The translations under genes were made by a program, and so were the position numbers. A stretch of 64,000 bases of DNA. Source: an uncultured Pseudomonadota bacterium (GTDB lineage Bacteria > Pseudomonadota > Alphaproteobacteria > Rs-D84 > CACZYB01). Under the pieces are notes generated by a model. The model was not told where the DNA came from and made no database searches. It saw only the letters and a program-made list of their open reading frames with translations. The stretch is taken from NCBI GenBank assembly GCA_902785275.1, contig CACZYB010000002.1:1-64000 (forward strand). Direction: 5' to 3'. Below are positions 10,045-20,320 of the stretch, piece by piece (the stretch's first letter is position 1; every line of letters begins with the position of its first letter).

Positions 10045-11145
10045 TTAAAAACCTTTTTTCTTTTTAATTACACAGTCAACCAATTCAGCAATATTTTTGC
10101 TTGCATCATTTTTGACTTGAAAGATTTTAGCTTTTTTCGCCATATTTTCAAGTAAATTTTCATCTTTTACCATTTTTTCTAGGACTTTATACAAATTTTT
10201 GGCAGAAAACTCAGGTTGTGGAATAATTTCACCACCGCCAACCGATGTAATTTGTTCAGCATTTATGAATTGTTGTCTATCTTTATGCATAATAGGAATA
10301 AAAATCGAAGGTCTTCCAACTGTTCCTATTTCCAATACTGTTGATGCACCGGCACGTCCAATAAATATATTTGCCAATGCCAAGAGTTCCGCTGGGTTAG
10401 TAAAGAATGGTTTTATTTCTGCCTTTACCCCAATTTTTTTGTAAAACTTTGAAATTTTATTAACATCTTCGGCAACAACCTGTTGGTAAACGAAAAATCT
10501 TTTCTTTTCCTTTGTATCAAATAAAGAAATTGCCTTTGATACTACATCCCCAAAGATTTTTGCACCTTGTGAACCACCCATAACAACAATATTTATTGTT
10601 TTCCCACCCTTAACAGATTTAAATGGGACATTTGCTACAGCTTTTACATCCTCACGTAATGGAAGTCCGGTAAAGTGAACTTTTGCCTGTGGTGGAATTT
10701 TTTTTGTATCTTTAAATGAAACCATAGTTACATCTGCAAACTTTGAAAGTAATATATTTGCATTTCCAAGTATAGAGTCTGCATTATGCACAAAAGTCTT
10801 CTTTCTTAAAATCTTTCCCCATAAAACAACAGGAACGGAAATATATCCCCCCATTCCAATAACGGCAACGGGGCGTATTTTAAGCATAAAGAAAAATGTT
10901 TGAATAAATCCAACTGCAAGCTTTGAAAGACTTCTTAATCTGTAAAAAAAGCTTTCTCCACTCATACCGCCACCGATAATAACCGAAATATTTTCAAATT
11001 TATCGGCAAATCTTTTACCTCTTTTATCGGTAATCAAATAAACTTTGTATCCAATATCTTCCAATGCCTTCTTTATAGAAGAAGCAGGAAATAAATGTCC
11101 GCCAGTACCACCGGCACCAATTACAACTCTATTATTTTTCTTCAT
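10045..11145 (-). CDS. murG: Lipid II GlcNAc transferase
   Basis: GGTGGHLFP, GGYISVP, GGSQGA, RAGAST. Confidence 0.93.
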   Translation of the reverse strand: MKKNNRVVIGAGGTGGHLFPASSIKKALEDIGYKVYLITDKRGKRFADKFENISVIIGGGMSGESFFYRLRSLSKLAVGFIQTFFFMLKIRPVAVIGMGGYISVPVVLWGKILRKKTFVHNADSILGNANILLSKFADVTMVSFKDTKKIPPQAKVHFTGLPLREDVKAVANVPFKSVKGGKTINIVVMGGSQGAKIFGDVVSKAISLFDTKEKKRFFVYQQVVAEDVNKISKFYKKIGVKAEIKPFFTNPAELLALANIFIGRAGASTVLEIGTVGRPSIFIPIMHKDRQQFINAEQITSVGGGEIIPQPEFSAKNLYKVLEKMVKDENLLENMAKKAKIFQVKNDASKNIAELVDCVIKKKKGF

Positions 11146-11148
11146 ATC

Positions 11149-12417
11149 TTATCTCCGTAAATTTTGATCTTGAAGTAATGATAAAATAATTCCTATGGCA
11201 ATACAAGAAGAAATAAATGATGATCCACCATAAGATATAAATGGCAAAGTCATACCCTTTGTTGGGCCAATACCCAATGTCGAAATAAGGTTATATAAAA
11301 TCTGGAATGTTATATAGCTTGTAATACCAATTCCCGCAAATACAACAAACAAATTATCTTTTGTTTTAAGCTTGTAAAGTATATGCAAAATCAAAGTTAA
11401 AAACATAAGTATCAATAATATGGCAAGTATAGGACCAGTTTCTTCAATTACTGCTGCGAAAATAAAATCGGTATGAATATCCGGAACAACAGTTTTTAAA
11501 TTATTTGAATGCCCACCAAACAAAAGGTTTGATTCTTTTATCGCTTCCAAAGCCTTTTGTAATTGATAATTATCATCTGATAAGAATTGATTAACTCTGT
11601 GTGCAAAATGTGGCAAGAAAAAGTATATTAAAGGAATTCCGCATAATGCCAAAGCAATACCAATAACCACAATACACCATGGAAGCCCCGCCGCAATAAT
11701 CTCGGATAAAAATATTACACCAAAGGTTACGGTCATACCAACATCTGGTTGTTTAAGCAAGATTCCACAAATTACCAAAGTAATCCCCGCCAAAAGAAAT
11801 ATGTAATTTTTTCTACGTTTCTTAAGTTTCTGTACTTCGGTAAGTTCTCCATTCTGTTTCGATTTTCTTTTGAATAAAGAAATAAACGCCCCAAAAAATT
11901 TTGAAATACAAATCATTATTCGTAAAATAAATACAAATACGCCATTTCTTTTCTTTTGATTGGTATTTTCTTTTAGTGCATTTCCAAGCTCTTTTATCCT
12001 TACTAAAATCATGGCAATAACTATTGCAAAGAATGGTTTCAAAAATTCAGAAGGTTGTATTTTCATAAAACCAAGATTAATCCACCGAGAAGCCCCCTTT
12101 GTCTTTGCAAAAAATAATGTTACGAATAATAAAAAGCAAATAAAAGGAAACGTAAAAAGAGCATACTTTCTTATTGTCTGAACTTTTATCGTCGATATCG
12201 TAATCATTGCACCAATACCAATCCAAATGTAAACAAAAATATTTTTCACAAAGTGATATTCATCACTAAGCCCCATTCGTCTTGCTTGGTATGGACTTGC
12301 AGAAATTTGAATAACAATACCAAATATGATAAGAGCAAGTACAGAAAATAAAATTATCTTATCAACTCCAAGCCACCACTTGGCCAGCCAATTATTTTCT
12401 GTACGTCTTATAAACAT
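11149..12417 (-). CDS. ftsW: SEDS peptidoglycan polymerase FtsW
   Basis: GASRWI, QPSEFLK, QPDVG, HTDFIF, KGMTLPFISYGGSS. Confidence 0.92.
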   Translation of the reverse strand: MFIRRTENNWLAKWWLGVDKIILFSVLALIIFGIVIQISASPYQARRMGLSDEYHFVKNIFVYIWIGIGAMITISTIKVQTIRKYALFTFPFICFLLFVTLFFAKTKGASRWINLGFMKIQPSEFLKPFFAIVIAMILVRIKELGNALKENTNQKKRNGVFVFILRIMICISKFFGAFISLFKRKSKQNGELTEVQKLKKRRKNYIFLLAGITLVICGILLKQPDVGMTVTFGVIFLSEIIAAGLPWCIVVIGIALALCGIPLIYFFLPHFAHRVNQFLSDDNYQLQKALEAIKESNLLFGGHSNNLKTVVPDIHTDFIFAAVIEETGPILAILLILMFLTLILHILYKLKTKDNLFVVFAGIGITSYITFQILYNLISTLGIGPTKGMTLPFISYGGSSFISSCIAIGIILSLLQDQNLRR

Positions 12418-12420
12418 ATA

Positions 12421-13839
12421 CTATCCTAATTTCTTAGCATACTTTTCTTTTATTTCTTTGAACAAAGCCTTGAAGTGATCTCCTCTTTCTTCAAAAGATT
12501 TATATTGATCAAAAGATGCAGTTGCAGGTGATAGAAGAATAATAGGTTTTTCAACCTTTCCCTTCTTCAAATCTTTTAATGCAAGTTTAAAAGCCTTATA
12601 AACAGCCTTATCCAACTTGTGACATTTATAAGAAGGAATTACATTCTTTGTTACGGCATAGAAATTCTTTTCACATTCTCCAATAACAAAAGTACGCTTA
12701 ATATTTCCATCGCCAAGTTGTGGTTTCAAAAGGTCGATACCGCCTTCCTTTTGTCTTCCACCAATAATCCAATAAATATCTTTCATTGAATCAATCGCAT
12801 ATTTTACAGATTCTGCGTTAGTAGCCTTTGAGTCATCAATAAATTGTATTCCGGCAAATGTACCAACATCTTCAATTCTGTGTTCCAAAGTTTTAAATGA
12901 CTTTATTGCATTTATAATCTTTGTTGTAGGAAGCCCAGTCTTTTTAACAGCAGCAAATACCGCAACAATATTTTGCCAGTTATGTTTTCCACGAAGGTTT
13001 GTAAGGGTTTTCAAATCGAAAATTTCCTTTTTTTCACCTTTTGTGTTATCAATCAAAATACCATTTGATGAAACATAGTATCCACCATCAACTTTTTTCG
13101 AAGAAGATACAGGAATATTTTTTGATTTTGGTTGTTCATTGCAAAGTTCGTTGAAAATCTTTTTTGTGTGATTATCATCAACTGCAACAACATTAACTGC
13201 ATTTTTTCCAGACTTTCTTGTAAATATTTGTTTCTTTACTGCAATATATCCATCCATACCATTGTGACGTGACAAATGATCCGGAGTAATATTCAAAAGA
13301 ACAGAAATATCAAAATCAATAGATGGAGAAAGTTCAATTTGGTAACTTGACATTTCAAAAACGTAGTAACCATCACTTCCAAGTACTGGTAAATCGAAAA
13401 CAGGAATACCAAAATTTCCACCAATTGCACATGGAATACCATTTTCTTTTAATATATGATATATAAGTGCGGTTGTTGTCGATTTTCCATTTGTTCCTGT
13501 AATACCGATATATTTTGCATCCTTATATGACGAAACAAAAAGTTCAATATCAGAAATAATTCTAACATTATGTTCCTTTGCCAATTTTGCAACAGGATGA
13601 GGAGCAGGGTAGGTATGAGGAATTCCTGGACTTATAATCAAAAGTTCCACAGTCGAAAAGTCCACAGTTTTCAAATCTTGAATTGAAACATTTAATTTTG
13701 CGGCTTCTCTTCTTAATTCTTCTTTATCGTCCCATCCAATTACATGAACGCCACGAATTTTTAATTCTCTTGCAACTGCCATACCTGTCTTACCAAGACC
13801 AAGAATAGCAACGGTTTTATTAAGTAAATTATTAATCAT
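12421..13839 (-). CDS. murD: UDP-MurNAc-L-Ala--D-glutamate ligase
   Basis: GLGKTG, SPGIP, GTNGKSTTT, EMSSYQ, DDSKATN, LLSPATASFDQY. Confidence 0.95.
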   Translation of the reverse strand: MINNLLNKTVAILGLGKTGMAVARELKIRGVHVIGWDDKEELRREAAKLNVSIQDLKTVDFSTVELLIISPGIPHTYPAPHPVAKLAKEHNVRIISDIELFVSSYKDAKYIGITGTNGKSTTTALIYHILKENGIPCAIGGNFGIPVFDLPVLGSDGYYVFEMSSYQIELSPSIDFDISVLLNITPDHLSRHNGMDGYIAVKKQIFTRKSGKNAVNVVAVDDNHTKKIFNELCNEQPKSKNIPVSSSKKVDGGYYVSSNGILIDNTKGEKKEIFDLKTLTNLRGKHNWQNIVAVFAAVKKTGLPTTKIINAIKSFKTLEHRIEDVGTFAGIQFIDDSKATNAESVKYAIDSMKDIYWIIGGRQKEGGIDLLKPQLGDGNIKRTFVIGECEKNFYAVTKNVIPSYKCHKLDKAVYKAFKLALKDLKKGKVEKPIILLSPATASFDQYKSFEERGDHFKALFKEIKEKYAKKLG

Positions 13840-13853
13840 TTAATCCTCTGAAA

Positions 13854-14927
13854 TTATCTTATTTTAAGTGATGATAAAGCAACCAAAGCAAGTATTATAG
13901 ATATAATCCAAAATCTTATAACAACGGTTTGTTCGCTCCAACCTTTAAGTTCAAAATGATGATGGATTGGTGCCATACGGAAAAGTCTTTTACCTCTGAA
14001 CTTGTATGATGCAATCTGAAGCATAACAGAAAGAGCTTCTACAACAAAAATCATACCGCTGATAAGAAGTAAAAATTCACTCTTTGTAATAACACTTATA
14101 ACGCCAAGTCCTGATCCCAAGGCAAGTGATCCAACATCACCCATAAATATTTTTGCAGGATAAGCATTGAACCATAAAAATCCAAGTACTGCACCAATAA
14201 TTGATCCAATCAAAACTGTTACTTCACCAACTCCTGGAACGTATGGAAGGAAAAGGTAAAGTGAATAATCTGAACGGCCAATCAAGTATGATACAAGCAA
14301 GAATACAGCAAATGAACTTATCATTGTCATACTTGCAAGTCCATCAATACCATCAGTAAGGTTTACTGCGTTTGCTGTACCTACAATAACAAATGCAACA
14401 AACAAGAAATAAATTATTCCCAAATCCCACAAAATGTTTTTGAAAAATGGCATTGTGATTGTCATTTTAAACTCATTAGGCATAAGACTGTAAATACCAA
14501 AACAAATAATACCACTTAAAGCAAATTGAAGAACAAGTCTTAATTTTGCAGAAAGTCCACGATATGCATTTCCGTGAACAACTTTGAAATAATCATCTAC
14601 AAATCCAATCGTACCAAATGAAAACATTGTGAAAAGAACAATCCAAATATATCCATTTGTTAAATTACACCATAAAAGAGAAGATGTAAGGATTGAAAAT
14701 AAAATCAAAATTCCACCCATAGTAGGGGTACCTTGTTTTTTAAGATGAGTTTGTGGCCCCTCTTTTCTTATAGGTTGGGTAAACTTTGTTTTAATAAAGT
14801 TTATAAACCTGTTTCCGAAAAATATATAGATGAAAAGAGATGTTAAAAGAGCACCTCCGGTTCTGAAAGTAATATATCTAAAAAGATTAAATATATTGTC
14901 AAAATAAACACTTAAACTATAAAACAT
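13854..14927 (-). CDS. mraY: Phospho-MurNAc-pentapeptide transferase
   Basis: TPTMGG, NAVNLTDGIDGL, FMGDVGSL, APIHHHFE. Confidence 0.96.
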   Translation of the reverse strand: MFYSLSVYFDNIFNLFRYITFRTGGALLTSLFIYIFFGNRFINFIKTKFTQPIRKEGPQTHLKKQGTPTMGGILILFSILTSSLLWCNLTNGYIWIVLFTMFSFGTIGFVDDYFKVVHGNAYRGLSAKLRLVLQFALSGIICFGIYSLMPNEFKMTITMPFFKNILWDLGIIYFLFVAFVIVGTANAVNLTDGIDGLASMTMISSFAVFLLVSYLIGRSDYSLYLFLPYVPGVGEVTVLIGSIIGAVLGFLWFNAYPAKIFMGDVGSLALGSGLGVISVITKSEFLLLISGMIFVVEALSVMLQIASYKFRGKRLFRMAPIHHHFELKGWSEQTVVIRFWIISIILALVALSSLKIR

Positions 14928-14990
14928 TTTACACCTCGTTTGTTGTTTTTTATATTATAGCACAAATTTTATTGATTCTTAAGTTTTTTT

Positions 14991-16664
14991 TTATTTTTTT
15001 GAAATTTTAAGGTCAAGGTTCAAAATAGGTGTAATTTCATTTATAATTTTCGCAGAAACTGGCACTGTTGTACATGCCGCAGTATTGCATCCGTTGTTAT
15101 TTGCTTCATCAAGCATAACAAGCATAGTATACTTAGGGGCATTTGTAGGGAATATTGAAAGGAAAAATGTACGTGTTTTTGTACTATCATACTTTCCATT
15201 TATAAGTTTATACGAAGTTCCGGTTTTTCCACCAACCGAAATATCATGAAGATTCGCCATATATCCGGTACCATTTGTAACAACCAATCGCATAAGCTTT
15301 CTCATCGCATCGGATGTTTCTGGACTTACTACTTGGTATGATTTTAGAACTGAATTTTCATCACGTTTAAGTATTGTTGGGTTTATAAAAAGTCCATCAT
15401 TCACAATTGCATTTACCGCAGTTACAACATGAAGCATAGATGGCGATAAACCGTAACCATAACCAATTGTTGCATTCGCATGTTCGTTCCATTCCTTTGG
15501 TGTCAAAGGTTGTCCTCTTTCTGGAAGTTCAAAATTTATCTTTGAAAGAAGGTTAAGCTTATTTAAAAACTCTTTTTGCTTATCAATGCCCAAATCTTTT
15601 GCAATGTTTGCCATAACAATATTAGACGAGTAAATAAATCCCTCTGTCATATTCAAAAGCCATTTTTTTGGATGAGAGTCTTTTACTCTGTGATTTCCAA
15701 CCATAAATACTTTTGATACATCAAAAATTTTATCGTTCGGATATCCATTTTCTATTGCTAGGGCTGTATTAAAAATTTTCATAACAGACCCAACTTCGTA
15801 AACATCCAAAGTTGTGTGGTTGTTATAAAGAGGGTTAAGAACAATATTTTTATATTCATTATTATGAAAATCAGGCAAAGAAACCATACCCAATATTTCA
15901 CCGGTTTTCACATCAATCACTATACCGCCGGCACTTTTTGCACCATATTCTTCCATTGCTTTCATAAGGTGTTGCCTTATAGCATCCTGAATATAAATAT
16001 CAACGGAAAGTTCAACCGGTTTTGAAGAATTTATCAACTTCTTTTCATCAATATATTTTTCAATTCCACCCATTGCTTTATTATCAACATCAATGGTTCC
16101 TATTATGTGAGAAAAAAGATTGGATTGAGGATATACACGTCCTTCATTTTTAATAAATCTGAAGCCTGGTTCACCAATAAGGGTAATTTTTTCTTGTTCA
16201 AATGGTGAAATTTTTCGTGAAAGGTAAATAAATTTTCTATTTGATTTTACTTTTTTAATAATGTCGTTATAGTTCAAATCAGGCAAAATCTTAACTAACT
16301 TTTTAACTGATTCTTCTGGATAGACCATATATCTTGGATCAGCATACAAATCCACAGTGGGAAGATTCGTTGCCAAGATTTCACCGTTTCTATCTGTAAT
16401 ATCTGGTCTGTGGAAAGAAGATGTAACTTTGTTTGTTTGATTAACTTTTGTATCCAAAAAATTAAACGTAATTTTCATAGATAAAACTTTTACTATTATA
16501 AGTAAAAATGCAATAATGCAAATCCATGAAAAAAAATTGACTCTTTTTTCAGTAGTTGTTTTATTTTTTTCATTAAGCCATTCTAACGGAATATCATCCC
16601 CGAAAACATAGTTTACAGTTTCTTCTTTTTCCTTTTTTAAAAAATTTCTAAAGAATTTTACCAT
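14991..16664 (-). CDS. ftsI: Class B penicillin-binding protein FtsI/PBP3
   Basis: RPDITDRNG, SVMK (SxxK), SSN, KTGT; dcw position. Confidence 0.9.
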   Translation of the reverse strand: MVKFFRNFLKKEKEETVNYVFGDDIPLEWLNEKNKTTTEKRVNFFSWICIIAFLLIIVKVLSMKITFNFLDTKVNQTNKVTSSFHRPDITDRNGEILATNLPTVDLYADPRYMVYPEESVKKLVKILPDLNYNDIIKKVKSNRKFIYLSRKISPFEQEKITLIGEPGFRFIKNEGRVYPQSNLFSHIIGTIDVDNKAMGGIEKYIDEKKLINSSKPVELSVDIYIQDAIRQHLMKAMEEYGAKSAGGIVIDVKTGEILGMVSLPDFHNNEYKNIVLNPLYNNHTTLDVYEVGSVMKIFNTALAIENGYPNDKIFDVSKVFMVGNHRVKDSHPKKWLLNMTEGFIYSSNIVMANIAKDLGIDKQKEFLNKLNLLSKINFELPERGQPLTPKEWNEHANATIGYGYGLSPSMLHVVTAVNAIVNDGLFINPTILKRDENSVLKSYQVVSPETSDAMRKLMRLVVTNGTGYMANLHDISVGGKTGTSYKLINGKYDSTKTRTFFLSIFPTNAPKYTMLVMLDEANNNGCNTAACTTVPVSAKIINEITPILNLDLKISKK

Positions 16665-16667
16665 AGC

Positions 16668-16979
16668 CTACTCAAATTGTGGATTAACGGGAATATCAAT
16701 AACTCTTATAAAATCATTTGGAGTTATGTTTTTATAATTTTTAAGGTAATTATTGGAAAGTTCCTTTACTTTTGAAATGGATGTGAGATGAGAAATTTCT
16801 GTCTTAAGTATTTTTATTTCGACATCAGTTTTTGAAATTTCTTCATTGAACATATTTATATTTTTATCAAACTGACTTATCTTCCATTGCAATGTAAAAG
16901 AAATTATTGCAGAAAAAATTTCTACCAAACACAAAATTGATAAAACTAAAGCTTTTGATTTATTCAATTTGCCCCTCAA
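16668..16979 (-). CDS. ftsL: Cell division protein FtsL-like
   Basis: TM helix plus coiled coil between rsmH and ftsI. Confidence 0.65.
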   Translation of the reverse strand: MRGKLNKSKALVLSILCLVEIFSAIISFTLQWKISQFDKNINMFNEEISKTDVEIKILKTEISHLTSISKVKELSNNYLKNYKNITPNDFIRVIDIPVNPQFE

Positions 16980-16987
16980 AAATAAAA

Positions 16988-17914
16988 TTACAATTTTTCC
17001 ACAACACGAAGTTTTGCAGATCTGGCCCTTGGGTTTACATCAACTTCTTGTTTCGAAGGAATTATAGCATTTTTATTAACACTTTTAAAGGATAAATTTT
17101 CATTATTTTTTATATCAATAGGAACATAGCGAGAGAATGTTTGTTTTGCCTCTGTTTTTGATTTTATAAAATTTTTTACAATTCGGTCTTCTAATGAATG
17201 AAAATCAACAACAACTAACCTTCCTCCACTTTTAAGTAAAGATTCGCTGTCCGATAAAATATGTTCCAATTCGCCAAGCTCATCATTCACAAAAATTCTT
17301 AATGCCTGAAAAATTCTTGGTGTAATTTTTGATGCCTGCCATTCACCGAAAAGATTTTTTATTATTCCAACCAATTCAAATGTTGTGCATATAGGTTTTT
17401 CACCTCTTAAACTTACAATTCTTCGAGCCAAAGCACGTGATCTTGGTTCTTCACCATACTTATAAAATATATCAGAAAGTTCAGATTCGGAAAAATTGTT
17501 TATAACTTCTTTCGCATCCAAATCATTTTTTCCCATTGCCATAGAAAGTGGTGCATCAAATCGAAAAGAAAATCCACGTTCTGGAGTATCAATTTGCATT
17601 GATGATACGCCAATATCTAAAACCAAGCCATTAACTTTATCAATACCATTATTTTGAAATGTAGGAAGTATTTGCGAAAAACAATTTTGAAAAAAGGTAA
17701 ATCTTTCACCATATTTATCTTTTAATTCTTTTACCCTAGGAAGTACAGTTTCATCCCTATCAAATGCAATAACTTTTGTATTTGCCTTATCTAAAATTGC
17801 AGATGTGTATCCACCATTGCCAAAAGTCCCATCAACATAAACACCCCCATCTTTTATATTAAGATTTTCTAATACTTCATTAAGCATTACAGGAATATGA
17901 GGTGTATCTTGCAT
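16988..17914 (-). CDS. rsmH: 16S rRNA m4C1402 methyltransferase
   Basis: HIPVM, DGTFGNGG, DIGVSSMQ, FHSLEDR, NPRARSAKLR. Confidence 0.96.
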   Translation of the reverse strand: MQDTPHIPVMLNEVLENLNIKDGGVYVDGTFGNGGYTSAILDKANTKVIAFDRDETVLPRVKELKDKYGERFTFFQNCFSQILPTFQNNGIDKVNGLVLDIGVSSMQIDTPERGFSFRFDAPLSMAMGKNDLDAKEVINNFSESELSDIFYKYGEEPRSRALARRIVSLRGEKPICTTFELVGIIKNLFGEWQASKITPRIFQALRIFVNDELGELEHILSDSESLLKSGGRLVVVDFHSLEDRIVKNFIKSKTEAKQTFSRYVPIDIKNNENLSFKSVNKNAIIPSKQEVDVNPRARSAKLRVVEKL

Positions 17915-17916
17915 AT

Positions 17917-18366
17917 TTAATCCTTTTTAAAAGAAAGTGAAGGGCGATTTTTGAATGCTTTTTCTCTTGTTTCCTTTTGATATTTTTCAAATTCGTCCTT
18001 GTTCCATATTTGAAAAGTTTTACCCCTTCCAACAAAAAGGGCGTTTCCATTTATTCCGGCAAATTCAAGTAAGTCAGCAGGAATAACAATTCTTCCGGTA
18101 ACGTCAAACGAAAGTTGTCTTGCATCAGAAAAGATAAGAGAATTTAAATTTTCATTTTCTTCACTAAATAAATCTAAATTATCAGTTGCATCAGAAAGCT
18201 TCTCCATTCTTTCCATTGTGCAACCTTCAATACATTTATGTGTGAAAGAGTGATAAAGTATCACACCCTGAAAGTCATCATTTTTGGTTGCCATACGAAA
18301 ATCTGAAGGCACACTTACGCGTCCCTTTGCATCAATTTTATTTTCAATAGTACCCAAAAATAACAT
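17917..18366 (-). CDS. mraZ: dcw transcriptional repressor
   Basis: IDAKGRVSVP and FDVTGRIVIP repeats; first gene of dcw. Confidence 0.94.
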   Translation of the reverse strand: MLFLGTIENKIDAKGRVSVPSDFRMATKNDDFQGVILYHSFTHKCIEGCTMERMEKLSDATDNLDLFSEENENLNSLIFSDARQLSFDVTGRIVIPADLLEFAGINGNALFVGRGKTFQIWNKDEFEKYQKETREKAFKNRPSLSFKKD

Positions 18367-18604
18367 AATTTTTTTCCTTAATTTGAGTCCATCATAGTAT
18401 GGTATTTTATGGTTGTCAATGACAAAAATATGTTTTTAAATGGTTTCGTATGCCCAAACACGTATTTTTGGTATAAAATACAAGTCATTTTAAATAAAAA
18501 TTAATTTTTTTAATTTTTTTACTTGACAATGGATTCTTAATGATTCATAAATAAGGGTATGGAGCGGAATAAAGAGCAACCACAAAACAACAAAGGAGAT
18601 AAAA

Positions 18605-18952
18605 ATGGAGAGCAAAAACAAAACCGTTTTAATGACAGTTATCGATACAATCCTTGAGGAAACAGTTTGGGTAAACAAAATCGGTGAAACCGTATCATTA
18701 AAAGATGCTATCGCAAAAAATATTAAGGCTGGCAAACTTGGCAATATCGACAGCTTGGAAAGAAGTGATCTTTTGGGTGCATACACATCATTCCAAATTA
18801 AAAGACAATCTTTTGCTGAAAACGTTCGTGATATGAAAGATAAAGAACTTGCAGATAAAATTAAATTATTTATCTTCGAAGATACTCGTGAACAAATGAT
18901 TCTTCTTGAAAAAGAACTTGAAATTTCAGAAAGCAAAAGAAAAACAGCTTAA
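18605..18952 (+). CDS. Hypothetical protein
   Basis: AAGGAG RBS, downstream terminator. Confidence 0.7.
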   Translation: MESKNKTVLMTVIDTILEETVWVNKIGETVSLKDAIAKNIKAGKLGNIDSLERSDLLGAYTSFQIKRQSFAENVRDMKDKELADKIKLFIFEDTREQMILLEKELEISESKRKTA

Positions 18953-18972
18953 AAATTGGTGGGCAATCCAAG

Positions 18973-19009
18973 GAAAGATCCCTAGGCGTCAAAACCTAGG
19001 GATTTCTTC
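18973..19009 (+). terminator. Hairpin terminator
   Basis: ATCCCTAGG-CGTCAAAA-CCTAGGGAT-TTCTT. Confidence 0.7.
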
Positions 19010-19072
19010 TATTTGCAAAGTATTCATATTTGTAAGATAATATATTTTGTTAACAACAAAAAAGGAGACAAA

Positions 19073-19579
19073 ATGAAAAAAATTTTACCTATTTTATGTG
19101 TGCTTTCTGCATGTACATCTTACGAAACAACAAACCACTATAATATGCAAGAATCTTCAAAAAAAGAAAATACCCAACAAAAAGAAAGAACATACAAAGT
19201 TTATGAAAACGAAGTTGATGCATTCGTTTGTGATAAAACTAAAAAGGGTGATTTCAGATATTGTGATGTCGAAGGTGAAAAAATCACTGGTTACATAAAA
19301 TCAAAAGGCAGTTACATTTCATATTATGAAAATGGCGAACAATTAAACGGAATTATTTTTTACCCAAGCAGTGATAAAGTAAGAAATTATTTCAAAAAAA
19401 GTTCCGATGGTAACAAATTTACACTTATCACATATTATAAAGACGGAAGCGTTCTTTCCAAAGAAGTAGATGATAAAACAAAAGGTAAAACAGAACAGGT
19501 TTATAAACAGGGTGAACAACAAAAACCATACTATGATGAATCTCAAATAAATGTTTTGGTTGAAGCATTCAATAGTTAA
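19073..19579 (+). CDS. Putative lipoprotein
   Basis: AAGGAG RBS; MKKILPILCVLSAC lipobox. Confidence 0.75.
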   Translation: MKKILPILCVLSACTSYETTNHYNMQESSKKENTQQKERTYKVYENEVDAFVCDKTKKGDFRYCDVEGEKITGYIKSKGSYISYYENGEQLNGIIFYPSSDKVRNYFKKSSDGNKFTLITYYKDGSVLSKEVDDKTKGKTEQVYKQGEQQKPYYDESQINVLVEAFNS

Positions 19580-19598
19580 GCTTTGTTACGCCTAAGTT

Positions 19599-19630
19599 AA
19601 AAAAACTCCCCATGTGGGGAGCTTTTTATT
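19599..19630. terminator. Bidirectional terminator
   Basis: AAAAAACTCCCCATGTGGGGAGCTTTTT between convergent genes. Confidence 0.7.
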
Positions 19631-20161
19631 TTATCTTTCTTTTGATGGTTTATACAAATGACGTTTTGCTTTTGGATTTGAATATATATCAATAAATTTT
19701 TTTCTTTCTTCTAATTGAAGCGCGTCCTTTACGGCCTGATTTCTCATGTGATCAACTATATAAAGTAGATGATCGCCAGATTCGTTTCTTACATCAACAT
19801 TTGCACCATATGCAACCAAAGCTTTTATCGCAGCAACACTTTCCAAAACAGTAGCTACTAATAAAGGTGTATCGCCATCACTGTTTGTTATTTCTTTTTT
19901 TGCACCTTTTTGAATAAGAAACTTTACTGCTTCGGCATTATTTCTTGCAGCGGCATAGTGTAAGAAAGTCCATCCTAATTCATCTGCCATATTTATATTT
20001 TTGATTGCACCAGAATAAAAAGCTTTTTCAAACAATGATAAATCAGTTAAATCAGTACGTGCCGAATTTGAAAACGAAGTATAAGAAGGAATCAAAGAAA
20101 CCAAAGATCTGAAACTGATTCTTTCACCTGTGCTTGTTTCTGGCATATCAACATAATTCAT
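19631..20161 (-). CDS. Ankyrin repeat protein
   Basis: GWTFLHYAA...LIQKGA, GDTPLLVA...LVAYGANVD. Confidence 0.85.
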   Translation of the reverse strand: MNYVDMPETSTGERISFRSLVSLIPSYTSFSNSARTDLTDLSLFEKAFYSGAIKNINMADELGWTFLHYAAARNNAEAVKFLIQKGAKKEITNSDGDTPLLVATVLESVAAIKALVAYGANVDVRNESGDHLLYIVDHMRNQAVKDALQLEERKKFIDIYSNPKAKRHLYKPSKER

Positions 20162-20320
20162 TTTATAAACTCCTGTTTTTTTCTTTATGGAGTTTTAAAT
20201 TATAACAAAAATTTTGATTTGTCAATAATTTTTTCGAAAAATATCGATTCTTTTTATTTTTTTATTTGGCATAGACTAAAAAATATGCTATACTGTATGA
20301 AGATTTGTAGGAGAGATAAT

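Noticed and set aside
18398-18413. TATGGT twice at 10-bp spacing as MraZ boxes
   Set aside because: Only two short units; too weak to call in AT-rich DNA
18490-18936. 148-aa - strand ORF
   Set aside because: Antisense shadow of 18605..18952, which has the RBS and terminator
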